Shown one piece after another: positions 27,738 through 38,926 of a DNA stretch of 64,000 nucleotides. Position numbers and translations under genes: made by a program. The notes beneath the pieces were generated by a model that saw nothing but the letters and a program-made list of their open reading frames with translations, ran no database searches and had not been told where the DNA came from. The stretch's first letter is position 1, and every line of letters begins with the position of its first letter. The DNA lies in the sequence record NC_016571.1, one strand, 5' to 3'.

Positions 27738-29939
27738 TTATCTGTTTAATGGACGACCAGTGAAGATACGAGAAATATCACCCACAATGGAGTCGTTCAC
27801 CACACCTGCAACAGTGGCCGGGTTAAACATGTTCTGAACGTCGTTAGTGAAACGAGTTAAACGTTTGTTCAAGTCATTATAACGAAGTACTGTGTCCAGG
27901 TAGTCAACACCAGCAACACGGTTTACCCAATCGTTATATTTACCGATGTCACCCAAGTAGCGAGAAGACTGCTTAGCAACGTTCAGTAAGTCAAGTGGGT
28001 TAGTCACACGTGCAATAGGAACAGACATTACTTTGTCCAGGTCAGCTACTGTTAAGTTAACACGGCAGTTACGTGGTTTCATATCAGTAGTCCAACCTAA
28101 TGGACCGATACCGAATTCAATTGAACAGTTCTGCACAATACCAGTACGGATGATCGACTTACCACGTTGGAATACTTTCAGTAAGAAAGGTGACGTATAA
28201 GTAGAACCACCTGTTGAGAATGGCACCACGAATGGCATGATCAAACTCAATGGCAAGAACACGTTAGTTGCAATGGAATAAGGATGGGCGTACGGAGCTT
28301 CAAAATAGAAACTGAAGCTTTCACTATGTAAGTTGGTAGTAGAGTCAGACCAGTGTTCTGGAATGTCTACTTTGGAGTTACCTAACAAAGCAAGTGGAAC
28401 GTTACCAATTACAGAACCTGCCGCTAAACCTGCTGCCGCATCTTTGATCTGGTTGACAAAGCCATCAATGATATCAATACCAGTAGCGCCGCCAGACATG
28501 TTAAACTTAAAGTCCTGTACCGCCTGGACCGTGTTGTTAAATGTCGCAGCAACCTGAGATTGAGTAGTGGATGATCCAAAGGAGTCAGATACAGAGCCAG
28601 TTCCTTCAGTACGGAACGTAACCCCATCTAAACCGCCATAGAACCCGTCCATAAGCAGTTGTCCGACTTGACCGAACCAACTAGACTCATCGATGTCATT
28701 AACGTCAGAGAACGATCCTGGGAGTGTTCCTGACAGATCAGGAGATGCACCTGTGTTAGCGCCATCACTACTACCTGGGTTATTATTAACCCCGTAGGAC
28801 TCCGCTCCGTATTTGGTTTGGAGATCTGTGATGGAAACACCTGGATTACCCGTAGCTTTAGCAGCGGATTCAGGTTTGATGTTAACACCGGCATCACGGC
28901 TAGTATATGCAGAGGCTACTTCAGGATAAGAGATTTCATCAAGACCACGAGAAGCACCAACTGTTTTCAACTCTTCCATCAAGTAGTCGCGCGTATTCGT
29001 ACCCGCAGCAAAACCACTGTTGGCGTTGACAAACCCAGAGTCCTTCATCAGACCAGTCAGTATGCCTTCGATCTCTCTATCTTTATCCTTAACTGTTTTA
29101 ATGCCAGCACGATCATCCAAGTCCTTCACTTTCTTCATGAAGTAACGGAACTTACGAACACCACGAGTGGAGATCTTAAGAATGTCGATCGTACCATCTT
29201 TGTTAATCGCATCAGGGAAGAGACTGTGCATGTAAGAGATGTTATCTTTAGCTGCACGAGAATCACTGACGTAACCTTTCTGCCCACCTGCACCGAAGTC
29301 ACGGTCGCCCGCTTTGGTATTACCCTGGTCAGGACGTTCATAAGGAAGAACTGTCAATGCGTAACCCGCAGCAACCATCAGGTCGTTAAAGATACCCTGA
29401 GCTGCTGTGAAGTACATCCCCTGAGTTGGTTTACAATAATACCATTTGTTCTTTGGTACCGTAGACAGGAACTCAAAGAAGTTAAAAGAGGTAGCCATGA
29501 TCTGGGCTGGCCAAAACGCAATAGCACCTGCTGCCTGACCGATATAGAACGCCCAAGTCGGAGCACGACCTTTGTTAGCCATTACTGCTGCTGAATAATC
29601 GAACATGTTGAGGATAAACGTAATCATCCCCGTGAACTCAGCAACGCCAGCTGTCAAGGTAACGCCTTGAGCATTATCATGGTGGATACGTTTATAGTAT
29701 CGTCCCATATTACCCAACCGGTTTTCAATCATCGGTTTGGGGTAGGGGTCTGTGTTACGACCAAAGCCTGGTAATGGGTTTATAAACTTGCTGTCACCGA
29801 TTGCAGTGGAAAAGAAACTCGTGTAGAGATCGTAGTCTGAACGAATCAGTACTTTCTCAGGATCACGCACACCATCGCTCATAATACGGAATGAACGGCT
29901 GATGATGTTCTCGTCCCTGTATGGAAGTTTTATACTCAT
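27738..29939 (-). CDS. putative baseplate/tail protein (phiKZ gp182-like position)
   Basis: 733 aa directly downstream of the long tail lysin; start ATG29939 after GAGG. Confidence 0.6.
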   Translation of the reverse strand: MSIKLPYRDENIISRSFRIMSDGVRDPEKVLIRSDYDLYTSFFSTAIGDSKFINPLPGFGRNTDPYPKPMIENRLGNMGRYYKRIHHDNAQGVTLTAGVAEFTGMITFILNMFDYSAAVMANKGRAPTWAFYIGQAAGAIAFWPAQIMATSFNFFEFLSTVPKNKWYYCKPTQGMYFTAAQGIFNDLMVAAGYALTVLPYERPDQGNTKAGDRDFGAGGQKGYVSDSRAAKDNISYMHSLFPDAINKDGTIDILKISTRGVRKFRYFMKKVKDLDDRAGIKTVKDKDREIEGILTGLMKDSGFVNANSGFAAGTNTRDYLMEELKTVGASRGLDEISYPEVASAYTSRDAGVNIKPESAAKATGNPGVSITDLQTKYGAESYGVNNNPGSSDGANTGASPDLSGTLPGSFSDVNDIDESSWFGQVGQLLMDGFYGGLDGVTFRTEGTGSVSDSFGSSTTQSQVAATFNNTVQAVQDFKFNMSGGATGIDIIDGFVNQIKDAAAGLAAGSVIGNVPLALLGNSKVDIPEHWSDSTTNLHSESFSFYFEAPYAHPYSIATNVFLPLSLIMPFVVPFSTGGSTYTSPFLLKVFQRGKSIIRTGIVQNCSIEFGIGPLGWTTDMKPRNCRVNLTVADLDKVMSVPIARVTNPLDLLNVAKQSSRYLGDIGKYNDWVNRVAGVDYLDTVLRYNDLNKRLTRFTNDVQNMFNPATVAGVVNDSIVGDISRIFTGRPLNR

Positions 29940-29949
29940 TGATAACCTC

Positions 29950-29980
29950 AAAGAAGAAGGGGACCGAAGTCCCCACCTTT
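29950..29980 (-). terminator. UUCG hairpin terminator on minus strand
   Basis: GGGGAC-TTCG-GTCCCC-TTCTTCTTT (minus strand). Confidence 0.65.
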
Positions 29981-29981
29981 A

Positions 29982-32900
29982 TTACATATTAACCATTCCG
30001 CCCCCATTAACGGATTGCTCAAGCAGTCTAACGATCTGCGCGAGTTTAGCGTCACTGGACTGTGCAATGGTTGCAAGTGCTGCATCTCGACTAGCCTGAG
30101 CTTGGTCGTTAACCGCTGCCGGAGAAGGCTGTGGGCTAGATGCTGGTCTTTCTGTTTGTTTAACAGGAGTGACTTTAACAGGAGCAGCTGCCGCAGCACC
30201 AGAAGAAGAACTTGCACCCGTAGGTGGTTCTTTATCGGAACTAGGACTAGCGCTTGCACTACTTCCACTCGTTGGAGAGGAACCTGTTGAACTGGCTGCA
30301 CTTGCTGAAGATGCATCGCTAGCCGGGTCTATTGTTGATGCAGAACCTGTTGGAGCTGGTCCGCCTACATTAGATGGTGCGTTGTTAGCATCTGTTTGGG
30401 CTATGAGGTCTTTAACTGCACCCGCCCCAGTTGGTTTAACGATATCCGCCGTAGTGTCTACGTGGTCTTTAGGGACGTTCTTATCTGGCTCAGCTGGAGT
30501 TTCAGTTTCAGGAGCTGCTGGTTGTTCTGCTGCTCCGCCACCACCGATATCCATATCACCACTACGAAGTTTATTCAGGTATTCGTTATAGTACTTACGA
30601 CGCTCGTCAGTTGCTGGAACTGCGTTACCACCGTTAATACCACGAACCGCTGTATCGAAGTCACCTGTCTTAGCAATAGACAACATCGCTTTGTTGTTCT
30701 TGAGGAAGTTAACAGCAGACTGTGCCATTACGTTTGGATCCTCAGAAACAAGACGAGGGTTCTTAACAACGTCAATCCCTGTTTCCCGTTTAAACTTCTC
30801 GTAGTTAGCTTTACCTGTCAATTGGAACAATCCACGCCCACGATATAACCAACCGTCTTCTGGTTTGGTGTTACCGAGAGAAGGACCCTTAGGAGCACGA
30901 CCGTAAACATACATCGCACGTTCTGCTGGAGACATCGCTGCAACTTTCTGTGCGGTAGCTTGGTCAGGAATGTTCTTGAAGTATTTAAGTAAGGTTGGGG
31001 CAGACCAGTTGGTATTTTCGACAGTCGCCTGATAACCGCCTGTTTCTTTCTTAGCCATAGCTAATGCAAGAGCCAGAACTTTGTTATCACGGAAACCTGC
31101 TTTCACTAAGTGATTCAGCATGAGCTGCTCACCTTGTTCCAGACTCATCTTAATACCTTTGTCTTCTCCTGCCATCTTGATGAATTCAGGGTTGAAGTTC
31201 TCGTTAGCTGTACCTGTAAAGGCACCCGCTGAACCAGCACCACCACCTGGAGCCGACATGGTTGCGTTTGGAGTATAACCACCGCTAGCACCACTTGCTC
31301 CACCGAACCCAGCAAAACCAGAATCATTACTGGTAGATGTTGCACCAGTTTGACCCCCAGCGAAACCACCGCCGTAAACTTCAGCAAGTACTTTGTCAGT
31401 ATCTGCTTTACGTTTGGCAGCTTGAGCACGTTGCTCTGGATCTTCGCCGTCTGCACCTTTACTCTTCTCAGCTTCCATCTCTGGATCTTTCAGTCTAGCT
31501 TCTTGCGCTTTGGCATCCAAGATTTTCAGATACTTATCAGCACGGTCAGCCCACTTACCAGATTTAGAGTTAGGGAATGGAGAAGCTTCAATTTCCCATA
31601 CAGTCATCTGCTTATCACCAACAGTCACAAGTTGTTCTGTTAGCTGACGAGCAATGATTGCTTTGTTGGTAGCAGTAAGTTGTTTCCACCCACGTTCAGG
31701 AACAACACCACGTGACTTCTTAATCTCCTTGAAGTAAGTCATCATGACAGGCAGGAAACGATCCCTGAACCATGTCAGCCAGTTAGTGGCCGCGATATCG
31801 CTATCTATACGGAATGAAGGTTTGAACAGTTCGAGAACTTGACCTGACTTACCAGTGAATCGAGCATCATCACCTATAACCATAATGAAGCTTTCGAGGT
31901 AACGTTCTAAACGCAACACAGCTTCAACACGCCAAGACATGTTATCGATGTTACCGTATGCTGCTAAACGAGCCATTACAAACGGATCCATTTCCTGGTC
32001 TTTCCCAGCGATCATGTCTGACACATCAATGGTCTTGACTTCAGCAGGAGTTTGGAACTTCTTACCTAATGCATCCTGAGATGCACGTGCGGCAGCAGCA
32101 CCAAGTGCGTCCTGAGCACCCATCTCAGCATTTGGGATATCCGTATTGGTTTTCCCACCTGCTTTGGTGGCAGCATCAGTCTGAACAGTCGTAGCGATTT
32201 TCTCAACGGACTCAATAGGGGAAGGAATCAACTCTCTTAACTGAGCTAACTTCTTGTCCACCATTTGTTTCGTTGAAGCATCGTCCATGGTTCCGGTACG
32301 ACTATCAATGCGAACGTTGATGTTGTATGGATAAGGGTCGAGTGTAGCGATGGATTGCTGTACACGTTCGATGATCTGAATTACGTCATACGAGTTAGAC
32401 TTGTCAAACTCAACAATGTCACCCATACGTGCAACGGAGATAGCTGCGGTGTAGATCAGATAGATTGGTTTAAAGCGAGCAACAAACCAAGTCTCGATAG
32501 CATCCTTATCTCTCCAGTTACCTGGGTCGGCATTCATGAACTGTGTGAGGAGTTCTTCGACCGGAGTGTCTTCTTTGAAGCTACCACGGTTATTACGAAT
32601 GACAACATAAGGATAAATAAGTTTCTCAAGTAACATGACACGACGCGCAAGGGAGTTATCAACACTAGGGAGACCGTACATGGCAAAACGTACTTCTTTT
32701 TGTTTTGTCATCTTGTTGTCTTTATCCGTAGCTGTCCCGTACCCGTCTTTGTTTCTAACTATCCCTTTAATCTCATCTTCATGAGCTTCCATTTCGTCAC
32801 GTTTAAAGAAGAACTTATTATCAGAAGAATAGAAGAGACCATAGTTGTTCAGAGTGGAAACAGTTTCAGAGTTAGCCTGACTCATAAGAGCATCAACAAC

Positions 32901-35900
32901 CATACCCTGAGGTAACCAATCGGTTAATGCTTCAACCGCTGCGTCACCACCTGTACGGTAGTGTCCGGTAACTGGATCACGTTCGCCAATGGAAACATCT
33001 GAACCGCGAGTTGCGGAAACCGGATCTTCTAAATCCGAGTCTTCATCATCGCTGAACATATCCAGGCCAACTGCACCAGCGCCCATCGCTAAGGAAGTCC
33101 CGATCAAACCACGACCGAATCCTCTACGACCACCACCTGCCCCACGTCTACTACCCGCACCTTTCTTCTTCTTACGCTTACCAGACTGGCCACGCTGGTC
33201 AGGAGGACCCATACCGTCGCCACCCATTCCACCTAAACCACCGGCGGCACGTTTACCCAGGAAAGCAGCACCCAGTGCTTTGAACCCCCACTTGAGCAAC
33301 TTATAGATAGGAGAAGTTAAACCAAGTACACCACTGAACAATGCAGACCCGATCTTACCAAGTCTTCCCATTGATGCAGCAAGTGAGCCACCAACCATAC
33401 CAACGCCAGACATTAATAGTCCGCCGATAGTACCGAGTGGGTTCTTGATCAAGTTCATGGCGAAACCACCAAGTCCTTTGGCCATACCTAATAAGGTACC
33501 GAACAATCCTTTCTTCTCGCCCTTCTCTTCTTTGTCGCCTTTCAGGTCACCCATTGATTCAGAGATATTGATGATAGCTTGGTTAACCTTATGCTTCTCA
33601 TCTTTCTCTTTCTTCTTAGCCTTCCAAGCCAAGGAGTTCAAACGGAACCCTGCACCTGCTCCGCCACCCGCGTCATCATCACCAGTAGAACCGGTAGGAT
33701 CAGATTCCATCGGGATGTCCATGTACTGAGACATCATGCGATAGATTTTATCTAAACGTTTTTCAACGCCAGACTGTCCACCGAAACCAGGCATCTTCAG
33801 ACCCCGAGAAGATTTCTCAGTCTCGTCACCTGCGGCTCCAGGTGCTGCGCGATTGTATCCAACACGGCTGAGAGCCCAATCCAATCCAAGCTTACCCATT
33901 GCCGCTGCACCGCCAGCCATAGTACTAGCCATAGTGCCCAGATTACGTACAGCAGTACCTGTAGAGGTGACCAGTCCGGAGTTATATTCATCCTCAGTAA
34001 CCAGTTGGTTACCTTCGTCATCATAGACTGGACCATTGATTTCATTCCAACCAGTTAACGGTTTGGTGTTACCATTCTCATCACGAGTGAAGTAACTTCC
34101 ATCTTTAAAGCCAGCTGCTTTCAATAATGGTTTCTTCGGATTAGCCTTGGAGTAGATGTCCTGTTGGTACATCATGTCCTTGCTCATCTGAATAGTGTTC
34201 TTGATACGAGTAAATGGATCAAGGAAGTTGAATGCTTTCTGACCACTTTCTCTTAAGAACCGTAAACCTTTGAGAGCAACTTCACGACCATCTGGACCGA
34301 AGATTTTACCTGCTAATTCTTTTGCCCCAATAGTGGTGCGCTCAGCAGTGTCATAGATAGGACCTTTAACTTCGTCCCAAGTCTGAATAACCTTCTTCGT
34401 TGATGCGTCGATGTAATGACCCATGTTCTTCTTAGCCGCTTTGAGGATTGGTTCCCCGGTAGCATCTAAGATATCCTCTTCCTCACCAGGACCATCGCCC
34501 ATTGCAGAAGAGATTTGGTTACGACCTTTCCATTGAACGTAAGCCCCAGCCATTAATCCAATACCACCAATACTGGCAGCCATTAATGGGTTAGATGCAA
34601 AGGAAGCACCAAGTGAACCTAACAGACCACCAATGATCAGTGGGTTGTTTCTCATGAGAAGGTCTACACCTTTACCCATGACGTCACCAGGCATTACCTT
34701 GCGGAACTTCTGAACCAGTGAGTCTTTAGCTGCATCTTCCTGACGTTGCTCAGTTTTGCTCTTAGGAGCACCACCAACCAACTGACCAGCTTTTGCTAAG
34801 TCCAGTAAATTACCGAACATGCCATTAAGCTCACCCATGCGATCTAAGATCCCACGGTTACTTTCCTTTATATCAGTAATCTCACCAGAGTAGGTATCGA
34901 AGTTAGCTGATGTAGAAGAAGTAGGTTCACCTGGACGAATAGCGCCAATGGTCTCATTAAGTTTACTCAGAGTTTCATTCAACTCCGGATAAGGGTTTTG
35001 AGTTGGAGCTGGTTTACCAGTGCCAGTGTTAAGGTTGATGTCTGAACGGTTCTTGCCAGTGACATCAGAACCAGGAGGCATCCCACGTAAAGCTGGGTTA
35101 TTCGGGTCATCCATATACTGAGCGAAACGATCATGGAATATCTGCATGTTAATGCGATCCATACCGTTCTCTGTATAAATGACACCCAGGTCACGAAGCA
35201 TCTGTTCGTTACCAGTAGAACGAAGTAAGTCAATACGCTCAGCAACGTTCGGGAAGTTCTGTTTAATGTTTGCTGCCGAAGCAGAAACAGTATTCAGTCT
35301 TTCACGACCTTCGGCTGTTGGCATGTTGATCATGCGCTTCATTCTGTCCATACCACTGGACTTATTAAAACCTTCAACGTCGTCAGTGCTAATACCAAAA
35401 TGACGCATCAGCATCGCACGGACTTCATCTTGGTTAGACTTACTCATCCCAGGAATTTCACCGAGATAATAGTAAGGGTTGAAACCTTTCTCTGTATCGA
35501 TGTCTTTGGCTACTTGCAAAGCGAATGCCTTACGAGCGCCGCCGGACAACATCTTATCAGGATCGAGTTCATCAACCAGCTGCAATGCAGAAGAAGAGAA
35601 ACGTTGGAAGTCAGCATGAGGCATTAGGTCAGCTGCAACTGCAATACGTTTATTGGTCGTTGTTTGGAACTGACCACGCATGTAGTTATAACTGGTGTCT
35701 TCTACATCATCATTACCAGTACGGAGTTTTTCAATGTTTGTGTTGATCTTAGTCAGCAAACCAGGAAGAACTTCGTTTAGGGTGATGTTGTTGATCTCTT
35801 TCCAGATACCTGGTTGAGTGAGATCCTTAACGTTCTTACGAGACATGACATATTGAGTGCCACGAGTCTTTGTAACGTCCGACATCAGTTTGTTGATTGC

Positions 35901-37280
35901 TTCCTTGCCTTTGTTACCGGCTGAGTTCATCGCCATCCACAGACCCTTAGGGACTGCTTTCTGACCAGGCTTTAATTGGCTAACGTAATCATCGTAATCC
36001 ATGTACTTCATTTCGTCCAATGGTTGCCAGTTGTCAGCCATTGAGTTCATGAGTCCCATGCCAGATGTGGAAGCGTAGGAAACGATATTACCCATGTCGG
36101 TAACTTGTTTCACTTGCGCCTTGATCCAAGAAGCATGTTCAGGATATTTACGAGATAGGTTCTCAACCATCTTCTTACCAGGACCCCTAGTAAAGAAGAT
36201 AGGTAACTGGTCTACAGCAACACCAGCGACCACCTTACCAATTACGTTACCGATTGCTCCGCGTGACATACCGCCATCACCGGACATCTCTAAACCTTGA
36301 GCAACTGTACCAAGTAGGTCACCCATTACACCGTAAGCGCCTTTACGGTTTTCTTCACTGAAACGATCACGCAGTAAACCAGTAACACCGCCCATACGTT
36401 TACCGGCAGTGGAAAACAGTTTATTACGGATATAGTTCTTAGAAGCGGTCAGGGTGGAAGTCTTCTCGTAATCACTCAATGCTGAGTTACGAGCGATCTT
36501 CTTCAGTTCAGCAACTTCAGCATGGATACCAGCTTCCATGAACTTATAGAACTTGGCATCCTGTACATAACTCCGGGCCAGCAAGTTGATCTTGGCTTGG
36601 TCCATCTTGGCTTGTACGTTTCTTTGGTAAGCCAGGATGTCTTTCATAGTTCCTTCTATGTTGACAAGCTGACGGTTACCTGCTCCGATAGAAGACTGTA
36701 AGGCCGCAGTAGCTGCGACGGTCATTCCGTTAAGAGACTCTGATAAAGCATTAAACATTGAGGACTGAGAAGTGACTGAACTATCAATTGCTTGATCTAC
36801 ATCGTCATCACTTGTGTAGTCCATTCTGTCTTTGAATCTGTCACTCGACTGTCCGTCCAGCGATTCCCAAGAGGAGAAGTCTTTCTGACTGAAAGAAACC
36901 AATCCACCACTCATAAAGCCTGGAAGCTTTGAACCCATTTTACGGTTCAGGCTGCCTGCAATGCTTTGTAAGGATTTGACGGATTGGGCATTTTCCTCTT
37001 TGAACTCAATAGCAAGTTCGTCGATACGGTCTTTTACGAAAGAGACTTTATCAAGGGCGTTATTGAACGAGCTAGGAAGGAGAGTTCTGGTTGTTCTCAT
37101 ACGAGCCGCACCAGAGCCCACTGTTTCATTAACGAGTCCAGATAAGAATCCAGTTGTTAACCCGCTAATGAAACCCTTCTTAGCGAACGGATCAGAACTA
37201 AAATCCGTGTCGAAGTCGAGTTCGCCTGCAAAGGGATCTGCATCCCAGTCCATGCCGAAATCGAAATCATCGCTTGCCAT
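29982..37280 (-). CDS. tape-measure-like structural tail protein with C-terminal GH19 lysozyme domain (phiKZ gp181 counterpart; recalled as OBP gp276)
   Basis: 2432 aa; Gly-rich hydrophobic segments; KKETGG and GNTKPEDGWLYRGRGLFQLTGKANY GH19 motifs; divergent from vRNAP genes. Confidence 0.85.
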   Translation of the reverse strand: MASDDFDFGMDWDADPFAGELDFDTDFSSDPFAKKGFISGLTTGFLSGLVNETVGSGAARMRTTRTLLPSSFNNALDKVSFVKDRIDELAIEFKEENAQSVKSLQSIAGSLNRKMGSKLPGFMSGGLVSFSQKDFSSWESLDGQSSDRFKDRMDYTSDDDVDQAIDSSVTSQSSMFNALSESLNGMTVAATAALQSSIGAGNRQLVNIEGTMKDILAYQRNVQAKMDQAKINLLARSYVQDAKFYKFMEAGIHAEVAELKKIARNSALSDYEKTSTLTASKNYIRNKLFSTAGKRMGGVTGLLRDRFSEENRKGAYGVMGDLLGTVAQGLEMSGDGGMSRGAIGNVIGKVVAGVAVDQLPIFFTRGPGKKMVENLSRKYPEHASWIKAQVKQVTDMGNIVSYASTSGMGLMNSMADNWQPLDEMKYMDYDDYVSQLKPGQKAVPKGLWMAMNSAGNKGKEAINKLMSDVTKTRGTQYVMSRKNVKDLTQPGIWKEINNITLNEVLPGLLTKINTNIEKLRTGNDDVEDTSYNYMRGQFQTTTNKRIAVAADLMPHADFQRFSSSALQLVDELDPDKMLSGGARKAFALQVAKDIDTEKGFNPYYYLGEIPGMSKSNQDEVRAMLMRHFGISTDDVEGFNKSSGMDRMKRMINMPTAEGRERLNTVSASAANIKQNFPNVAERIDLLRSTGNEQMLRDLGVIYTENGMDRINMQIFHDRFAQYMDDPNNPALRGMPPGSDVTGKNRSDINLNTGTGKPAPTQNPYPELNETLSKLNETIGAIRPGEPTSSTSANFDTYSGEITDIKESNRGILDRMGELNGMFGNLLDLAKAGQLVGGAPKSKTEQRQEDAAKDSLVQKFRKVMPGDVMGKGVDLLMRNNPLIIGGLLGSLGASFASNPLMAASIGGIGLMAGAYVQWKGRNQISSAMGDGPGEEEDILDATGEPILKAAKKNMGHYIDASTKKVIQTWDEVKGPIYDTAERTTIGAKELAGKIFGPDGREVALKGLRFLRESGQKAFNFLDPFTRIKNTIQMSKDMMYQQDIYSKANPKKPLLKAAGFKDGSYFTRDENGNTKPLTGWNEINGPVYDDEGNQLVTEDEYNSGLVTSTGTAVRNLGTMASTMAGGAAAMGKLGLDWALSRVGYNRAAPGAAGDETEKSSRGLKMPGFGGQSGVEKRLDKIYRMMSQYMDIPMESDPTGSTGDDDAGGGAGAGFRLNSLAWKAKKKEKDEKHKVNQAIINISESMGDLKGDKEEKGEKKGLFGTLLGMAKGLGGFAMNLIKNPLGTIGGLLMSGVGMVGGSLAASMGRLGKIGSALFSGVLGLTSPIYKLLKWGFKALGAAFLGKRAAGGLGGMGGDGMGPPDQRGQSGKRKKKKGAGSRRGAGGGRRGFGRGLIGTSLAMGAGAVGLDMFSDDEDSDLEDPVSATRGSDVSIGERDPVTGHYRTGGDAAVEALTDWLPQGMVVDALMSQANSETVSTLNNYGLFYSSDNKFFFKRDEMEAHEDEIKGIVRNKDGYGTATDKDNKMTKQKEVRFAMYGLPSVDNSLARRVMLLEKLIYPYVVIRNNRGSFKEDTPVEELLTQFMNADPGNWRDKDAIETWFVARFKPIYLIYTAAISVARMGDIVEFDKSNSYDVIQIIERVQQSIATLDPYPYNINVRIDSRTGTMDDASTKQMVDKKLAQLRELIPSPIESVEKIATTVQTDAATKAGGKTNTDIPNAEMGAQDALGAAAARASQDALGKKFQTPAEVKTIDVSDMIAGKDQEMDPFVMARLAAYGNIDNMSWRVEAVLRLERYLESFIMVIGDDARFTGKSGQVLELFKPSFRIDSDIAATNWLTWFRDRFLPVMMTYFKEIKKSRGVVPERGWKQLTATNKAIIARQLTEQLVTVGDKQMTVWEIEASPFPNSKSGKWADRADKYLKILDAKAQEARLKDPEMEAEKSKGADGEDPEQRAQAAKRKADTDKVLAEVYGGGFAGGQTGATSTSNDSGFAGFGGASGASGGYTPNATMSAPGGGAGSAGAFTGTANENFNPEFIKMAGEDKGIKMSLEQGEQLMLNHLVKAGFRDNKVLALALAMAKKETGGYQATVENTNWSAPTLLKYFKNIPDQATAQKVAAMSPAERAMYVYGRAPKGPSLGNTKPEDGWLYRGRGLFQLTGKANYEKFKRETGIDVVKNPRLVSEDPNVMAQSAVNFLKNNKAMLSIAKTGDFDTAVRGINGGNAVPATDERRKYYNEYLNKLRSGDMDIGGGGAAEQPAAPETETPAEPDKNVPKDHVDTTADIVKPTGAGAVKDLIAQTDANNAPSNVGGPAPTGSASTIDPASDASSASAASSTGSSPTSGSSASASPSSDKEPPTGASSSSGAAAAAPVKVTPVKQTERPASSPQPSPAAVNDQAQASRDAALATIAQSSDAKLAQIVRLLEQSVNGGGMVNM

Positions 37281-37309
37281 ATTTTACCCTCATTTAGGAT
37301 ATTTCAGTA

Positions 37310-38926
37310 ATGAGTAGAAACCCAACTAACTTTACCTTATTAGACCCTAATAAGGTACCCTGGCCATTGATGAAGCGAGTTACTGTCGCTGATACCTTTG
37401 AAGGCCAGACAAGTAACTTGCATGATGAAGGTCTTTATTCTACAACTATCTTCGGACGAGTTGGTACCGATGAACGTGATAAGACCGAATCCTACATCGA
37501 TGTAACTCTCCCTATTTTTAACCCTACGTATTTCAAAGCACTGGTCCAATTGAAAGGATTGTACGGAGAAATCATAAAGGGTAAGACATATGCCGTCTGG
37601 GATGAAGCGGAGAAGGATTTCATAAAATCTAACATCCTGGAAGGTGATACAGGTTATGCCTTCTTTATGTCTCACTTCTACGAGCTTGATCCCAAACAGA
37701 ACGAGTCATTTAAACGTAAACAGAAGATCGACCTTGTAGAAATTTTTAAAGATCGAGCGCTGTCGAGTAAGATACTCGTTATGCCAGCTGGTATCCGTGA
37801 TATCGAGATCGGGCCTGTTGTTTCTGAGAACGAGATCAACGACCTTTATCGTAAACTGATCTTCCGTAGTAAGTCTCTGAACGTTAAGAACATTGACTTA
37901 ACCGATCCAGTCTATGATAACATCCGTTGGGGATTACAAGAGTCCTTTAACAACATCGCAGACTTCCTCTTTAATATGCAGGAAGGTAAACGTGGTTTCA
38001 TGCAGCGTCGCATGGCACGTCGTTCTGTGTTTGGGGCTACGCGTAACGTAATCACCTCTCGTAAAGTTTCTGTTGAGAACTGTGATGATAACGTCACAGG
38101 CGATCCTAACTCAACCATCATCGGTTTGTATCAAGCTTTACTGGGCTTCAACCTTGTTGCTATCCACGAACTCACCAATGGCTTCCTGAGCGAAGTATTT
38201 ACTCCAGGCATGGCAATGGCTCGGTTGGTAGATCCAAGAACACTGAGAAGCACCTACGTTGATGTAGATCCACTGGTGGTAGATAAGTTCACCTCCTCTG
38301 ATGGCTTAACCAGTTTGTTCAACGGGTACAGTTCACCACAGCTTCGTAACCGCGATATCAAAGTAGCCGGTCATTACCTTGGGCTGGTTTATGATGATGG
38401 TCAGAACGTTATGCTTCTGCATGATATTGATGACCTGCCTGATGGTTTTGACAAGAAGCTTGTTCGTCCAGTAACTTATACTCAGTTCTTCTATATGCAG
38501 TGTGTAGGAGCAATTGAGAAGAAGATGTTACAAGTTACTCGATACCCAATTACTGGGATAGGTTCCATCTACCCGAGTCGTGTATTCGTCATGCCAACTA
38601 ACTCAACGTCAAGTTCGAGATCTCTGTTGGACATTGATGGGAACACTGTTCTCCAACGTTTCAATTACTTCCCTACCTACACGAAGAACCCAAGCTACTT
38701 TGACGGTATGTCCATTGCGAACATCCGTTTAGGTCTGGCAGGTGGTGACTTCGATGGTGACGCCTTATCGGCGAACTCCATTATGGCAGAGGACTCAATC
38801 CGTGAGATTGAGGAAGTGTTTGGTAAACGAGACTTTTATATCTCGGGTGCAGGTGACTTCTTATATGACCCTGTACAGGAACCTCATGAATTCCTTTTAC
38901 GTTCATTAACTAACGGGTTGGCATAA
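37310..38926 (+). CDS. virion RNA polymerase beta' subunit, N-terminal catalytic part (phiKZ gp180-like)
   Basis: GLYSTTIFGRVG; catalytic GGDFDGD. Confidence 0.9.
   Translation: MSRNPTNFTLLDPNKVPWPLMKRVTVADTFEGQTSNLHDEGLYSTTIFGRVGTDERDKTESYIDVTLPIFNPTYFKALVQLKGLYGEIIKGKTYAVWDEAEKDFIKSNILEGDTGYAFFMSHFYELDPKQNESFKRKQKIDLVEIFKDRALSSKILVMPAGIRDIEIGPVVSENEINDLYRKLIFRSKSLNVKNIDLTDPVYDNIRWGLQESFNNIADFLFNMQEGKRGFMQRRMARRSVFGATRNVITSRKVSVENCDDNVTGDPNSTIIGLYQALLGFNLVAIHELTNGFLSEVFTPGMAMARLVDPRTLRSTYVDVDPLVVDKFTSSDGLTSLFNGYSSPQLRNRDIKVAGHYLGLVYDDGQNVMLLHDIDDLPDGFDKKLVRPVTYTQFFYMQCVGAIEKKMLQVTRYPITGIGSIYPSRVFVMPTNSTSSSRSLLDIDGNTVLQRFNYFPTYTKNPSYFDGMSIANIRLGLAGGDFDGDALSANSIMAEDSIREIEEVFGKRDFYISGAGDFLYDPVQEPHEFLLRSLTNGLA

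Noticed and set aside
29948-30591. Overlapping ORFs (29948-, 30015+, 30169+) over the tail protein C-terminus
   Set aside because: By-products of the low-complexity Ser/Ala/Pro tail; no independent signals
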